Source: Leucoraja erinacea
Lineage: Eukaryota
Direction of reading: 5' to 3'
NCBI RefSeq assembly: GCF_028641065.1
Contig: NC_073382.1
Location: forward strand, 8,804,001-8,868,000
DNA length: 64,000 bases
Of this stretch, positions 11,616 through 26,344 are shown piece after piece; position 1 is the stretch's first letter; each line of letters opens with the position of its first letter. The notes under the pieces are model-generated. The model did not search any database and had not been told where the DNA came from. It was given only the letters and a program-made list of their open reading frames with translations. A program made the translations under genes and the position numbers.

Positions 11616-13342
11616 CTGTAGTCAAAAATAACAGATCATCAAAGTTATATAAACTAATAAGTCACATCGCAATAACTCTTTATCTACAAATAAACATCTT
11701 CCAGAAAGATTAAAAATTTAATCTTTTATTCCAAATTTTGAAATTTCAGTATCAATTTTTGGTGAAAAATTACTTCATGGCAAGAAGAAATGGCAATAAA
11801 TTTTGTTGTTCGAATGTTGCCACCATTCTGGGATAAAAACATTCACCTACTTAAACGTGTTTAATGTTCCATTATGTATAATGTTGCAATTACATTGTTA
11901 TTATGGTAAATTCAGCACTAAACATCATGAGTTCGCACACTGATAAATAAGCCGTGCCACCTTCTTTCCCATCCCTTCTGCATGCACTGATCCATGCATT
12001 GCTACTGCTAACTATGAAGTATCACAACAGTTATTAAAAACTATGAAAATATCAAAAAGCCAAACCTTGCCCTGAGAGAATTTACTCTTTTCAGTTTAGG
12101 TTAGCACAGTCTGATTCATGATGGCTATCTCATTGGTGTTTTATAATCATTCAGCAATTCAGCATTGCTTCACTGCTTTCACATTCTGTGCCTCTATTGA
12201 TAAAACCCCAAATTACGCAAGCCTTATTAACAGGTTTCGCAACCAACTCCTGTAATTTTCTTCAATTCTTGCACTAAATATCTGGGATTCTGCACCCCTT
12301 TTAGTTTAATTTAGTTTAGAGAAAGCAGGGAGTCCGTGCCGACCAGCAATCCCTGCTCATTAACACTGCCCAACACATATTAGGGAAAATTTACACATAT
12401 ACCAAGCCAATTAACCTACAAACCTGTAGGTCTTTGGAGTATGGTATGAAACCGAAGATCTTTGGAGAAAACCTACGCGGTCATGGGGAGAACGTAAAAC
12501 TCCGCTCAGACAGCACCCATAGTTGGGATTGAACCCGGGTCTCCGGTGCTGCAAGGCAACAACTCTACCGCTGCACCACCGTGCCAAATTACATTTCGGA
12601 CAAATCCTTCCTCGTTTATTTCATCTCAATCAACATCAAAATTAACCACTTCACATTGCACTTCATCTGCAATACACTGCCCATTCCACCCGTTTGTTTT
12701 ATCACCGTAACCCATTACTGTTCTTTTTGCAGTTCACACAGCTGCCAAATTTAGTGGCATCCAGTAATTTACAAAAGGCATAAAGGTTTCACATGTGGAA
12801 ATCAAATTGTTAATCCAACACAAATTTTGGTCATAAAGAGGCAGAATAAACAATATTTATCTCAGTCCCTATTATGATGCATCAAATTTAGGACCTAAAT
12901 TTCATTAGTCAGAGAACCAAGAGAGAGTGTTTTATTGTCATATGTCCCAGACGGGACAATGAAATTCTTACTTGCTGTAGCACCCATTAGTAAAAAGCAA
13001 AGAAAATGCAAGATAAGTGCAGGGCCAGTTTTGTAAACAGCAAATTTCCTAAATGGTATTCATTCTCCAGTCCCACTAACACAGAACAATCAGTTGGAGA
13101 TACTAAGAGGTATGTAGTGCTATTGAATTTTAGGCCAACCTTCTGAAGAAAGCAAAGATTTTATTCTTATTAAAACATGCAAGCACAAGCACAGAAATGT
13201 GAAACGTAACAGGAATTAAATCACAGAATATATTGAAATAATCTTAAAATAATCATAATTTTACTTGTCGGTATACAAAGATATTTGGCCAATTTCACTT
13301 TAAACAACAACCAATTTCCTTTTAAAATTTGCAATTACTTAC

Positions 13343-13435
13343 AGAAAAAACTGCCCAGGAGAGGGCTGAATGGCCTCCTCCATGTAATAATAAAAGGACA
13401 GGTCCTTCAGATCCACTTTTGTAGATTCGAAAAGA
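13343..13435 (-). CDS. PPME1: PPME1 exon 3
   Basis: Reads SFRIYKSGSEGPVLLLLHGGGHSALSWAVFS, with the alpha/beta-hydrolase HGGG motif. AC acceptor, GTAAGT donor, 93 nt. Confidence 0.97.
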
Positions 13436-13853
13436 GTACATGTAGTTAAGGTTTACATGCAAAATATAAAAAAGCATATAAGGGTTAAAGGATAATGTAT
13501 AATATCCTCTAAATATGGCCAGATTAAAATAGCCTCATTGTCTATCACAACAACATTTGTAACCTTGCTAGTGTTATACATTTTTTACATTAGATTGAAG
13601 ATGATCAAAGGATAGGAGAGGGGGTGAAACATATCCCCTCGTGGAACATATTTTCAAGTTGGTTTTAAAAATAATAAAAATATGAACCAACCTCAAGACT
13701 TTTAATGCTGATGGAGACAACGTTATTTTATGTTGTGGGACACAAAATAAATCTAGAAATGCAACCAATAAGCTAAACTGAATTCCTGATCAAGACCAGA
13801 CTTATATACGAACGTACAGGCCTTGTAGTGCACTGGAATTTTATAAAGGATAT
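13436..13853 (-). other. PPME1: U12-type AT-AC intron (PPME1 intron 2, 418 nt)
   Basis: 5' end ATATCCTTT. Branch site CCTTAAC (13451-13445) ends 9 nt before the 3' end. Terminal AC. Flanking exons join in frame. Confidence 0.95.
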
Positions 13854-13947
13854 ATCTTTACTTTTTCCCCTCTTAATTATGACATCTTCCATTGTTTCAA
13901 AATAATGATTCCAGGGCACTGGTGAGAAGTCCCGTTTTCTTCCAGGG
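13854..13947 (-). CDS. PPME1: PPME1 exon 2
   Basis: Reads PGRKRDFSPVPWNHYFETMEDVIIKRGKSKD. TAG acceptor, 94 nt, followed by the U12-type donor ATATCCTTT. Confidence 0.96.
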
Positions 13948-15494
13948 CTATAACAAAAGGGACATTAAACATTAGTTAAAGATAGCCATCAATAATCTAT
14001 GTACAATTTTAGAACATATTTCCTTTGGGGAAATCACAACATGTCAGTTCTGTATGTTTCCGATTCATTATTTGTAGGTATCCGGTGAGAAAGGTAAATT
14101 AGGAGGGCTAACCAGCTGTTCCAGTAGAAAATATCACTTTGTTGCACAGTACTTAAAGCAGAAAACTGCAGAGATTGAAGACCCAAAACAAAAGCTAAAT
14201 ACTAGAAGCACTCAGCAGATCAAGCAGCAACATTGGAGAGAGAAACAGTTAGCAAACCAGGTTGTGGTTATCAGAATTTTCACAATGAAAGATCAAAAAT
14301 AAACTAGGCATGGGAGAGAGAATTAACAATGGCAGATAAGGACAACTAAGCATCCAATTAATTTTCACTTTAATTCCCTATCCCACCCCCATTCTAACCG
14401 CTCTGTCGTCAGCAAGTGGACTGTGAGAAAGACCACACAGCAATCAAGGAATTAAAATGAAAGGGAAAAACATTTTTTTAATCACTTTTATGGCATATTC
14501 ATGACTGCTCACATCAGGGGTTCACATCAGGAGATAATATAATTCCCTAACTGAAAGAGAACCAAACAATCATTACTGAGTACTGAGAGAGATTACTATA
14601 TCAAAATTATTTTGCATGGCATTAAATTGTGAAAATGCATCTAGCAGGAGAGAAGGAGAGAGGAACAGAGATATTTGCAGTGGATTGCCTTTCATCAGAG
14701 AAAGTTACGTAACTTTTTCATTTTTTCTATTCCAACTAACACTTTGTCTCCATGCTATCAATTACTTTTTTTCCTTTTTCTCTGCCCTCCTATTTGCTCT
14801 TCCATCCTCTATTTTCCAGTTCTGATGCAAAGTTGTTAATAATAAACAGTGTTTATTTCTCTCGCCCGAGATTACTCTGCTGAATAATTCCAGCATCTGG
14901 AGTATATTGCTTTTGAATTATTACTTGGCATGGTACTGGATGGGTCAGCAAACCATCCATTCACTTCTAAGACCAAGATTCCAACGCACGAGAACCTTCT
15001 AATTCTGCTGACTATAAATACCCTGTAAAATTTTGATTTGTTTGCACTCAACCAACTTCTTTCTGAGATGTCAACAGAATAAAATTTCCTTTAGATTAGT
15101 TGAGGAAAATTGGCCAAAGGGTTGATTGATAAGGGAAAATGGGCAAACAAATAAATGACTAATTAAAACAAATTAGTCATATGTGGGTTTAGTGTTGGGA
15201 TTAGTGACCTTGATGACAATTTGGCCATGAATCAGACTGAAATAGGGATGATTCTCATTGGTCAGTATTTGCACACGAACCCCGACTCACCATAAATACT
15301 ACTACATGCTATTTCATGGCAAACTAGTACTTGGTTCTATTTCAACCAGCAAGCAGTGTATAGAAGATGACACATGGCATCCATTAATGAAACTGTACCA
15401 ACACACTGAAATTCCATTGCCTTCTTAAAATAAAGCATTTATGAAAACAGATTCTAGTCGTTTAATCAAATATGTTACTGATATTAATCTAAGA

Positions 15495-17200
15495 ACATAA
15501 AACATAGAAAGGTACAGCAAAGGAATAGCCCCTTTGGCCCATGATGTTTGTGCTGACTATGATGCCAATTTAAACTATATGTACATTTGCCTGCATGCCA
15601 TCTAAATGGCTCATATCGTATCTGCTAACACCACTACGCCTAGCAATGCATCCAGGCACTTACCATTCTCTGTGTAAAACAACTTTCCCCACACATCTCT
15701 TACACATTCTTCTCTGACCATAACACTATGCCCTCTCGTATTTGAGATTTCCACCCTGGGAAAAAGACTATGACCTTCTCTCCTGTCTATGGCTCTCATA
15801 ATTTTATATACTTCTGTCAGGTTGCCCCCTCTCCCTTCAGCACCAGAAAAAAAGTCCAAATTTATCCCACTGTTCCTTCAGGCAAATACTTTCAAATTCA
15901 AGCAGCATCTCCAGTGAAGCTCTGCACCCTTTCCAAAATCTCCACACTCTTCATGTAATGCAACCAGAACTGCACACAATACTTTAAATGTTGCCTATCC
16001 AAAGTTTTATATTGTTTCAACATGACTTTCATCCTTTTATACACAACACCCTTACGGACCTTATGGATGAAATCAAGCATGCCCTAAGTATTCTTAACCA
16101 CCCTATCTACTTGTGTTGGCACTTTCAGGGAGCTCTAGATTTTTGCCCCCAATCCCTCTGAACACCAATGCACCAAGGGTCCATCCATATACTGTATATT
16201 TTCCTCTTGCATTTGACCTCAATGCTCACATTTCTCTATCCATATTTCCAACTGATCTATATCCTGCTGAATCTTTTGACAAACTTCCTCACTACCCACA
16301 AGTCAACCATTTTTGTGTCATCTACATATTTATTAATCAAACCACCTGATTTTGTCCAAAAATATTTATATATATTCAAAACACTGATCCTTGCAGAACA
16401 TCACGAGCCACCGACCTCCAGCCAAAATAACACCCTACCCTTTGTCTACTATGGCCAAACCAATTTTCAAACCAATCTGCCAAGCCATGGATCTTATATG
16501 CCTTATCTTCTGGATCAGCTTACCAGGAGGGACCTTGGTACAGTTCATGTGCAAAACATTCACTGCCTAGCCTCATCAATCATCTTCTTCACCTTCCCCA
16601 AAAAAAACTCAAATCGAGTTTGTAAGACATGGACTTACCCGCACCAACTGGCCTTTAAATTACTTCCAAATATCAGATGTGGGCTAACAGCTGCTTCCAA
16701 TCTGCTCTTCCTAGCTCCTGCCTAACACCGTTGTAATTCGCCTTCTCCAATTTAGCACTTTCCTGCAAAGTCCACTCTGATCCTTATCCATGACTATCTG
16801 AAAACTTAAGAAGTTATGATCTCTGTTCCGAAAATGATCTTCTACTGAAACTTATTTCCCATTACAATGTCTAGTATGGCCCCTTCACTATTATTAATGT
16901 GTGATGTCAAGAAACCCTCTTGGATTCTATGGGTTATTGATTGGAGACGATCAGCCATGATCACAATGAATGGCGGTGCTGGCTCGAAGGGCCTCCTGCA
17001 CCTATTTTCTATGTTTCTATGGATGCATTTAACGAATTCTGCACCATCCAAGCCTCTGGCACTAAGTCCCAATCAATATTGGGGAAATTAAAGTCACCCA
17101 CTACAACTATCCTGTTGCTTTTACATCTTTCCATATGCTGCTGACATATCTGTTCCACTATCTCCTGCTAGCCTTTGGGAAGCCTATAATAACACCACAT
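15495..17200 (-). mobile_element. Old degraded CR1 LINE
   Basis: Minus-strand fragments YKTLDRQHLKYCVQFW, EVYKIMRAIDR and EGAILDIVMGN. A younger CR1 tail is nested near 16935-17020. Confidence 0.8.
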
Positions 17201-17713
17201 AATAACGAATGCAGCCTTTTCCATTCCCGAGCTCTACCTATATTTTCCACTTTTCTTAGCAAAATAAGTATCTCTAAGAAATACAAATCAAATAAATTAA
17301 ACTTTCTCGAACAATAATTTCAAGAAATACATGTCCATTTAAGACCAGCTCAAATTCTTTGTTTTCCCAATCAGGTCCAACTCTTAAAGTACTTCTTACG
17401 TTTATAAAGCTAAACAATAAACATTGTTTTCTGAAGAACATGACAAATCACAACATAAAATCATATGGAAATACAAAATGAGTGGGCAGTTGCAATATTC
17501 TGAGACTCAGCACTTGGTCTTGTGATTAAAATTTACATTTAACGTAAAAAAAGCACAATAGCATGTATTTTGCAAGCAAAACTCCTATGCAGTTAGGTTA
17601 AAAAACAATTAAAAATTCTTCATTAATTGAAATTGCAATAATCTGCTGTATAAAGCAAAATCTAAATTTAAGTTCACAACTAATAATATTCAGAAAATCT
17701 CTAATACTATTGG

Positions 17714-18930
17714 GATTACCTAAAATTGGAAAATTCAATGTTCATACCGTTGGGTTGTAAGCTACCCAAGTGGAATACAGGGTGCTGTTCCTCCAGTTTA
17801 TGTGTGGCCGCCTCCTTGCAATGGAAGAGGCCCAGGACAGAAAGGTTGGCATGGGAAAGGGAAGAGGAGTTAAAATGATGAGCAACCACGAGATCCAACA
17901 GGCCTTGGCAGATGGAGAGCGTGTTTAGCAAAATGGTCACCTAGTCTACACTTGGTCTCGCTGATGTAAAGGAGGCCACATCAGGAGCACTGAATGCAGT
18001 AAAAGTTAGACAAGGTGCAGGTGAACTTCCATCTCACCTGGAAGGGTCACTGAGGTCCTTGGATAAAAGTAAGGGAGGAGGTAGGGGGACAGTGTTACCT
18101 TTCCCATGGCTGCAGCGGAAAGTATCTGGGGAGGTGTTGTTTTGGGCAGGAAGGACGAGTTAACTGGGAAGTTACGGAAGGTGTGGTCTCTGCGAAATGA
18201 AGAAACGGGTGAGGATGGGAACATTTGACTCATTGTGGCATCATGTTGCTGGTGGCAGGAATGTCAGGGAAGAATGTTTAGAATTACAGCGTGGAAACAG
18301 GTCCTTCGGCCCACCAAGTCCATGCCAACCATCAGTCACCTGTACATTAGCTCCATTTATCCCACTTTTGCATCCTACACATTAGGACAACTTATAGAAG
18401 CCAATTAACCTACAAACCAGTACCCGCACCATCATCTTTGGAATGTGGGGGGAAACCAGAGCACCCGAAAACACAAACAAGCAGTCACAGGGAGAACGTA
18501 CAAACGCCTCACAGACAGCAGCCATAGTCAGGATCTGGCACTGTGCGGCAACAGCTCTACCGCAGCGCTACTGTGCCGTCCAGCTTTACATTGTGTTGGA
18601 TACGGCGGCTGGTAGAGTGAAAGGCAAGGACATGGGGAACTCTATACTAGTTCCATCCGGGGGAAGGGGGAACAAGAGCAGGAATGAGGGACACAGAGGA
18701 GACCCGTGTGAGGGATTCATTCAAAACAGCAGGGGCATAATCATGCTCACAAAAGGAAGACAACAGATGTCCTAGACAGGAAAGCTAATCTTGGGACCAG
18801 AGTGGCAGAAATTGAGAAATCGAGAGTGGGGAGATGGCGGACAGAGAAATTATCTCTGGATGGAGAAGTTGAGAGTAGGAAATGGTGGATGGATAAATTG
18901 AGAGTAGGGGATCGCAGACGGAGAAACTGC
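17714..18930 (-). mobile_element. Penelope-like element fragment with nested SINE
   Basis: HKLEEQHPVFHLGSLQPNGMNIEFSNFR (GIY-YIG C-terminus) plus upstream linker and RT-thumb remnants. Confidence 0.8.
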
Positions 18931-20914
18931 AAGTGAGAATGGTGTTATGGAAATACATGTTACAACACAACTTCAATAATCTTCTATTGAGTATTCAGAA
19001 ATCTAACTGGTTTGGCATCTAGTTCACCAGGTGATGTTTGCCATATTTCTTTCCGATTTGCTGGGGCCCAATTTCCCTGCCCTCTCTAAGCTGACTGAAT
19101 TCCCAGGCAATTTTTGTATAAATACTGTGTAACATCAAAAAAAGTGAAATTAAAATGTCCTGAAAATCTGCTATCCTGCCACCAAAATCCTGAGTGTGTT
19201 AGATTATGAGAGGATGGTACTGTTCAAATGTACAGCTCAGAGAATGTAGCATGTTAACATTCAACCAAATCTAGAATGCAAAACTATAATTTGATAGACT
19301 ACAAAACTACAATTTAAAGGAGTGGAGCAGAGTTCATCCAAACTTTATTCTTCACGGCATATGGCACATTTATTTTACAACTGCGTAAATTTATGCTCTC
19401 AACTCCCTTGTTTCAGACAACCAATTAGTTTTGATTTTAAATGCCTTTGAGAGCCTTTAAAGTTGCAGGCTGCATTTCTAATTTTCGTAAATTAAATTGT
19501 TATCACAAACAAAGAATTTTAATGAATATTGTGAACTTTCATGTCATCCCAAAATTCTTTGCAAAGATAAGTTACTGTTTTAATATAGGAAAGTTGCCAG
19601 TTAATTTTCAAACAGCAAGGTGCCACAAACAACAACAAAAATGAAGTTATTTGTTTCAGCTGTAGATTTGAGGGATTTGTTATCTAGCACATTTGTATGT
19701 TTCCAGCATTTTCTGTTTTTATTCTTATCAAGCAGAACAGTTCCCCTTACTTACTCTGTCAAACCCCTTCATGACATTGAATAACTATATTAAATTTTGT
19801 CTCTTCATGTAAATAAAATCTGTCATTCCTGGTAACTAAATTCCTGGTAATTCCAAATTAAGAAAGGATTAAAATAAATCTACCGTTTAAAAAAAATGTA
19901 AATCTTAAAAGATTAGGCAACAAAATGGGAGGTTAACTCCAATTTGCACAATATATCTAAAGTGATATGTTTTAAGCTGACAGTTGGTTCTTTTAAATAC
20001 AGTGTTATCATTAGTATTCCAGCAACGCATGTAAATAGCACACTGCATGAACTATGAAATACACGGCAGTATAATTATAGATTTTGCCATTCTACACCTG
20101 CCTAGAACATTATTTTTACACAAGGGTCAATAACTATTCGTGATAGATCCACCACTAGTATTCATGCCAGTAAAAGTAATTTAAAGTACTACATTCCAAG
20201 TGTCATATAGGATGAGTATTGAACTCAGTTTAGGTATGCCTTTTCTATTGTACATAGACTTTGAAAAAGCATTAAAACACCTAGTGACAAGTCTGAAAAA
20301 TAGGTGCTTCATCTTGTTAACGGACCTTCTATTTCATATAATTTTGTCTAAAGTGGTCCCACCTTTATGTGCTGCTCTAATGAATAGTGCAATGTAGATT
20401 CATAACAACACGATTTCATAAAATTCACTCAATAAGAAAATCATGTACAATTTCAGTTTTACTCAAGAGAAAACAAATCTCATTTAGTGCCATAGAGTTA
20501 TACAACACAGAATCTGCCCCATGCTGACCAAGGTGCCCCCCATCTAAGCCAGTCACGTTCACCCATAAGATAGACACCAAAAAGTAGAGTAACTCAGCAG
20601 GACAGGCAACATCTCTGGAGACAAGGAATGGGTGACATTTCGAGTCAAGACCCGTCTTCAGACTGAAAGTCACCCATGTTTGGCCCAAATCCCTCTAAAT
20701 CTTTCCTATCCATTTACCCATCCAAAAATCTTTTAAATGTGCAGGGCATTTTTACACATGTGGGTGCCTGGAACATGGTCCCAACAGTAGTGGTGGAGCC
20801 AGATATGATAGTGGCATTTAAGAGGCTTTTAAATAGGCACATGGATATGTAGAGAATGGAGTGATATGCATCATGTGCAGGCAGATAAGATTAGTTTATC
20901 TTGGCAAAGATACA

Positions 20915-22400
20915 TAGAAAATAAGTGCAAGAGTACGTCATTCGGCCCTTCGAGCCAGCACCGTCATTAAATATGATTATGGCTGATCATCCCAAATCAG
21001 TACCCCGTCCTGCTTTCTCCCCATATCCCTTGATTCCGTTAGCCCTAAGAGCAATATCCAACTCTCTCTTGAATAAATCCAGTGAATTGGTCTCCACTGC
21101 GGCAGAGAATTCCAGATTCACAACTCTCTGGGTGAAAATGTTTTTCCTCATCTCAGTCCTAAATGAATCAGTACCTTATTCTTAAACTATAACCCCAGGT
21201 TCTGGGCTCCCCCAACATGGGGAACATTTTTCCTGCATCTAGCCTGTCTAATCCCTTAATAATAGTATATGTTTCTATAAGATTCCCTCTCATCCTTCTA
21301 AATTCCAGTGAATATAAGCCCAGTCAATCCATTCTTTCATCATATGGGAGTCCCGCCATCCCGGGAATTAATCTTGTGAACCTACGCTGCACTCCCTCAA
21401 TAGCAAGAATAACATCATGGTACAGTGTGACCTCACCAACATCTTGTACAACTGCAACATAACGTCCTAACTATTCAGTACCCTGACTGATGAAAGTGAA
21501 TATGCCAATAGTCCTCTTACACATCCCATCTACCTATTGCACCACCTTCAGGGAATTATGTACTTGTTCACTGCAAAGATCCTGCCCTGATTTGACTTCC
21601 CAAAAAACAATACCTCACACTTATCGGAATTAAACTCTATTAGCGATTCCTCAACCCACTTATCCAGCTGATCCTGCAGTAATTCTTTATAACCATATTT
21701 ACTATCTACAATATTAGCTATTTTAGTGATATCTGCAAACATGCAAGGTTAATAATTTCTCATCCAAATCGTTGATATAGATGACAAACAGGAATGGGGC
21801 CCAGCAGCAATCCCTGTGACATACCACTGGTCACAGGCATTCAGTCCGTCATCACCCTCTACTTCCTACCATAAAGCAATTCTGTGTCCAGTTAGCTAGC
21901 TCTCCCTGGATTCCATGCAATTTAACCTTCCAGTGCAGCCTACCACAAAGAACACCATCAAAGGCTTGCACATCCAAATAGACTTCGTTTACAGCCCTGC
22001 CCTCATCAATCTTCTTAGTGATGCCTTAAAAAAAATTGATCAAATTCATGAGGCACAATTTCCCACATACAAAACCATACTGACTATCCCTAATCAACAC
22101 ACCCACATCATGTTGATGTTATCTGTCGGATTTCTCTCCACTAACTTTCCTACCAAAGATGTTAGGCTTATTGGTCTAGAGTCTCCATGTTTTTCTTTGC
22201 TGCCTTTCTTAAACAGCATTGCTTCCCTTCAGTCTACTGGCGTTTCACCCGTGACTATGATGATTGATTTCTCTCAGCTGGACTCCTGCAATTTCTTTTT
22301 TAGTTTCACACAGAGTCCTTGGATATATCTGACGAGGCCTGGAGATTTATCTACCATTATACGTCTCATGCAATCCAGTACCTTCCTGACTGTAATACGG
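20915..22400 (-). mobile_element. Nested CR1 fragments
   Basis: A young 3' end at 20915-21410 sits inside an older RT remnant (MFADITKIANIVDS..FNSDKCEVL). Confidence 0.8.
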
Positions 22401-23128
22401 CAGGATAATCTTAAAAAGCTACACTTTATAGCAAAGATGCTCTGTAAAATAATAGTTAATTCAAATATTGAATTCCAAAGAAAGTGCAATTATTGAACTT
22501 GAAATAATGATGTGTTTAGATTATATCAGATGATCGACTGGGTGCACACCAAATATCAAATAATGAAAAAGCAATCAGATAGCCAACTAACAACATGTCT
22601 AAGTAAAACAATAAAATGTAATGGTCAGTGTACAAAGAATATAATACAGAAAATCAGGTGAACAATTATGTACACATAATCATAACAACTCATAACTAGC
22701 CAAGTCTTTCCTCCCCACAGTCTAATGTCAGATCGTATAATTTGTAGTCATCAAAACACTGAACACACATTTTCTACTTACGCTTAACAATTAAAAACAC
22801 GACACATTACTTTAAAAAGGAAGAAAACGTTAGTAACCTTATATTTCATATTACAAATAGAAACTGTAATCAATAGATAAGACCGACTTAAACTTGCACT
22901 GCCTTTTACACCTGCATTTATGCAAGATACATAAAATGAAGAAACCCCCTGAAGTTTAAATATGTTGCTGCTATTTGCTTGAGACTTTGGTTGCCAAAAT
23001 GAACCAAACTGCAAAATTGATCAGTTATTACTGGTTCAACATCTCCAATGACTGGAGACGCGGTCCGTCAGAAAATAAATGAAAAAAAAATCAAGGTCTA
23101 GATTTGAAAAGATAGTTTGCACACTCAC

Positions 23129-23223
23129 CCCATCCTCATTTTGGACCCCGTCTGAAGACCTGGCCGCATCGGTGGTCGTGAAGGCAATTTACTCAAGAAC
23201 AACTCTTTCTCTAAAGAAGACAT
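23129..23223 (-). CDS. PPME1: Protein phosphatase methylesterase 1, coding exon 1
   Basis: Minus strand reads MSSLEKELFLSKLPSRPPMRPGLQTGSKMRMG, similar to human MSALEKSMHLGRLPSRPP...KMRMG. ATG at 23223, GTGAGT donor, 95 nt, phase 2. Confidence 0.96.
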
Positions 23224-23289
23224 TTTTTCAGATGCATGGAGGAAAAGAAAATTAAGTTAATGGTGGACCCGTTTGATGTTACTGCTGTT

Positions 23290-23650
23290 AAGAAGCGGCC
23301 GCTCCCCCTCTGTGCGTTTATACTACATAAGGTGTTTCAAATGATGATTAGCAGGAAAATCATTAAATATATTTTTAAATCCCTTCTCCGGTCCTGAAGA
23401 TGGCCTACACCGATAGGAAGACGGTTATTGCTCATGGGCCTTGGTGCCGGGACTTGTAGTCCTACCAGTCCATTTTGTGAGGCAATTGCATTTTGGATCT
23501 TCAACATTAAACTACATTCTCCATGAAAGCGATCGTGAATGATGTAATGGTTGGGAAGAGGCAGCTCCTCAAGCAATGTCTACCAGGCTTTCTGGGAGTT
23601 GTAGTCAACATGTGGTTCCGGCGCGCCGTTGCTAACGTTACCAATTTGAA
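23290..23650. promoter_or_regulatory. PPME1 promoter with two ZNF143/SBS-type motifs and an RFX X-box match
   Basis: Minus-strand GACTACAAGTCCCGGC (23446-23461) and GACTACAACTCCCAGA (23591-23606). Minus-strand GTAACG-TT-AGCAAC (23628-23641) fits GTNRCN-N(0-3)-RGYAAC. Local CpG enrichment just upstream of the ATG. Confidence 0.75.
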
Positions 23651-24294
23651 TTTTTAGATAAAGGATCGTTGAGACTTTAGGCTGCTGGCAGCTTCCAGAT
23701 ATTGTCAGCAACTCCATCAAAACTTTCCTGCAATTGCACCTTGTATTTAACGGGCACATTTAATGCGTCTAACCTGAGCTAAATAACATAATTTATGGAG
23801 TGAGAAGAAGCCAATTTTTTAGGTCGAGGTTCTGCTTCCAAAAACAATATTAACTCTTCTCCTACCAGCCTGCAATATTTCCTCCACCAGATATCTTTCC
23901 AATCACGTTTGAAGACTGAACCTGCTTCCACAACTCTTTCAGCAATCAATTAAAAAAAATTCAAACTGCATCTTCCACAATGTCATGCTCCCTCGTTTAT
24001 CAGTCGATTAAATGGCACTTGTAGTTCTTGGTTCTTGGTCCTCCAAAATATTCTAAATGGAATTTAAACTGGAGGTGGTGAAGGAAAGTGGAGGTGGTGA
24101 AGGAAGGTGAAGGAGTTCCTTACCATTGAAGGAAGGTGGAGATGGGGAAGGAAGGTGAAGGAGTTCCTTACCAATGCATGTTTTGTCCTTTTTTTTTTGT
24201 TCATGATTTTGTAAAATATTGTCAAATCATAATGTTAATGTCCTTGACTGTCAGAAGCACATTCGCTTGCAATGGTCAGTGATTGCAAAGGGTA

Positions 24295-25450
24295 TTAGAC
24301 AATAGACAACAGGTGCAGGAGTAGGTCATTCGGCCCTTCGAGCCAGCACAGCCATTCAATGTGATCATGGCTGATCATCCCCAATCAGTACCCCGTTCCT
24401 GCCTTCTCCCCATATCCGCCAACTCCGCTATCTTTAAAAGCCCTATCTAGCTCTCTCTTGAAAGTATCCAGAGAACCTGCCTCCACTGCCCTCTGAGGCA
24501 GAGAATTCCACAGACTCACCACTCTCTGTGGGGAAAAAGTGTTTCCTCGTCTCTGTTCTAAATAGCTTACCCCTTATTCTTAAACTGTAGCCCCTGATTC
24601 TGGACTCCCCCAACATCGGGAACATGTTTCCTGCCTCTAGCGTGTCCAAACCATTAATATATCTTATATATTTCAATGAGATCGCCTCTCATCCTTCTAA
24701 ACTCGAGTACACAAGCCCAGCTGCTCCATTCTCTCAGCATATGACAGTCCCACCATCCCGGGAATTAACCTTGTAAACCTACGCTGCACTCCCTCAATAA
24801 CAAGAATGTCCTTCCTCAAATTAGGGGACCAAAACTGCACACAATACTTCAGGTGTGCTCTCACTAGGGCCCTACACAACTGCAGAAGGACCTCTTTGCT
24901 CCTATACTCAACTCCTCTTGTTATGAAGGCCAACATGCCATTTGCTTTCTTCACTGCCTGCTGTACCTGCACGCTTACTTTTATTGACTGATGAACAAGG
25001 ACCCCCAGATCCCGTTGTACTTCCCATTTTCCCAACTTGACACAATTTAGATAATAATCTGCCTTATCGTTTTTGCTACCAAAGTAGATAACCTCACATT
25101 TAAGGTCTTTAAGACTTTTGCCTTCCATCACAGTGAGGAGGTGCCTGGTAGACTCACTGGGGTGGATGTTAAACTGTGTTCATCGTGTGTTTTGTTGTTT
25201 TGTTCTATGTTATGACTGCAAGGTTCACAATTTCGTTCAGACTGAAAAGTCTGAATGACAATAAAGGATACTTTCATACTTTGACTTTGATTTATCCCCA
25301 TTAATCTGCATCTGCCATGCATCTGCCCACTCATCCAACCTGTCCAAGTCACCCTGCATTCTCATAGCATCCTCCTCACAGTTCATACTGCCACCCAGCT
25401 TTGTGTCAACTGTAATTTTGCTAATGTTACTTTGAATCCCTTCATCTAAT
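24295..25450 (-). mobile_element. CR1 LINE 3' fragment, split by a short insertion at ~25110-25290
   Basis: KCEVIYFG..RDLGVLVH..LVRAHLKYCVQFWSP..VQRRFTRLIPG. Confidence 0.9.
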
Positions 25451-26344
25451 CTATTATTCCTCACACCCTTGCCTAACACAACACCTTCCACCCAGGTTGC
25501 CCACATTTCAGGGAACAGATGAACAAGAATCTGCAATGCAGCACATGCCAAAAACAACATAAGAAGCTGATGCTGATATAACCCATTTTTGCATCGTTCA
25601 ATACAATTACGATTGATCTGTTATCTCAGTGCCACATTCCTGCACTAAAACCATAATCATGGATTCCCTTAATATAAAGTATCTATTAGCCCCTTTCTTT
25701 AATATAGTCTGCAACTGAGTTCTGAGCTTACACATTAATACTGAATGTTGCAATCTAAAGATTCATTACCCTCTGGTTAATGAAATTCTCCCTTTCCACT
25801 CCCCTCCACCTATATTCCCCCAGCTTCATGTCACGCCTCTTCTACCTTTACTCTCCTTATCTCAACACTTTTCATCTCTTGCCAGTGTCCAACCATCTAC
25901 AAATCCAAAATGTACTCACCTATCACGTGCCAGGCTTGGCTTGCTCCCACCTCCATTCCAGCTTTCTTCCCCACCTAATACAATCAGTCTGAAGAAGGGT
26001 CCCGACCTGAAACATCGCCTATCCATGTTCGTCAGAGATGTTGCCTGGCCCGTTGAGTTACTCCAGCACTTGGTGTAAACCAGTATCTGGAGTCTGTTGT
26101 GACTAAATTTCCTCTCATTTCTGTTCTGAATGCCCAAGTGACGCAAGGTCCTAGATAACACAGCCAAGCAACTCACTGAGTTCCTCAGCAGTTTGTCTTT
26201 TTGTCCCAGACTACATAATCTGCAGTCTTTGGCTCTTCAATGAAAACATCTACCCTGTCAAGCCCCACAAGTATCTTATATCTAAAAAAAAGATATTGTT
26301 TTTTTCAAAAATATATCTATTAAATTGTAATTTTATAATGCAGT

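Noticed and set aside
16168-16725. 185-aa ORF, and the 193-aa ORF at 21915-22496
   Set aside because: Both are antisense read-throughs of degraded CR1 sequence.
24070-24176. Purine-rich tandem duplication (gaaggaaggtgaaggagttccttacca twice)
   Set aside because: Local slippage next to a LINE-tail fragment, with no sign of function.
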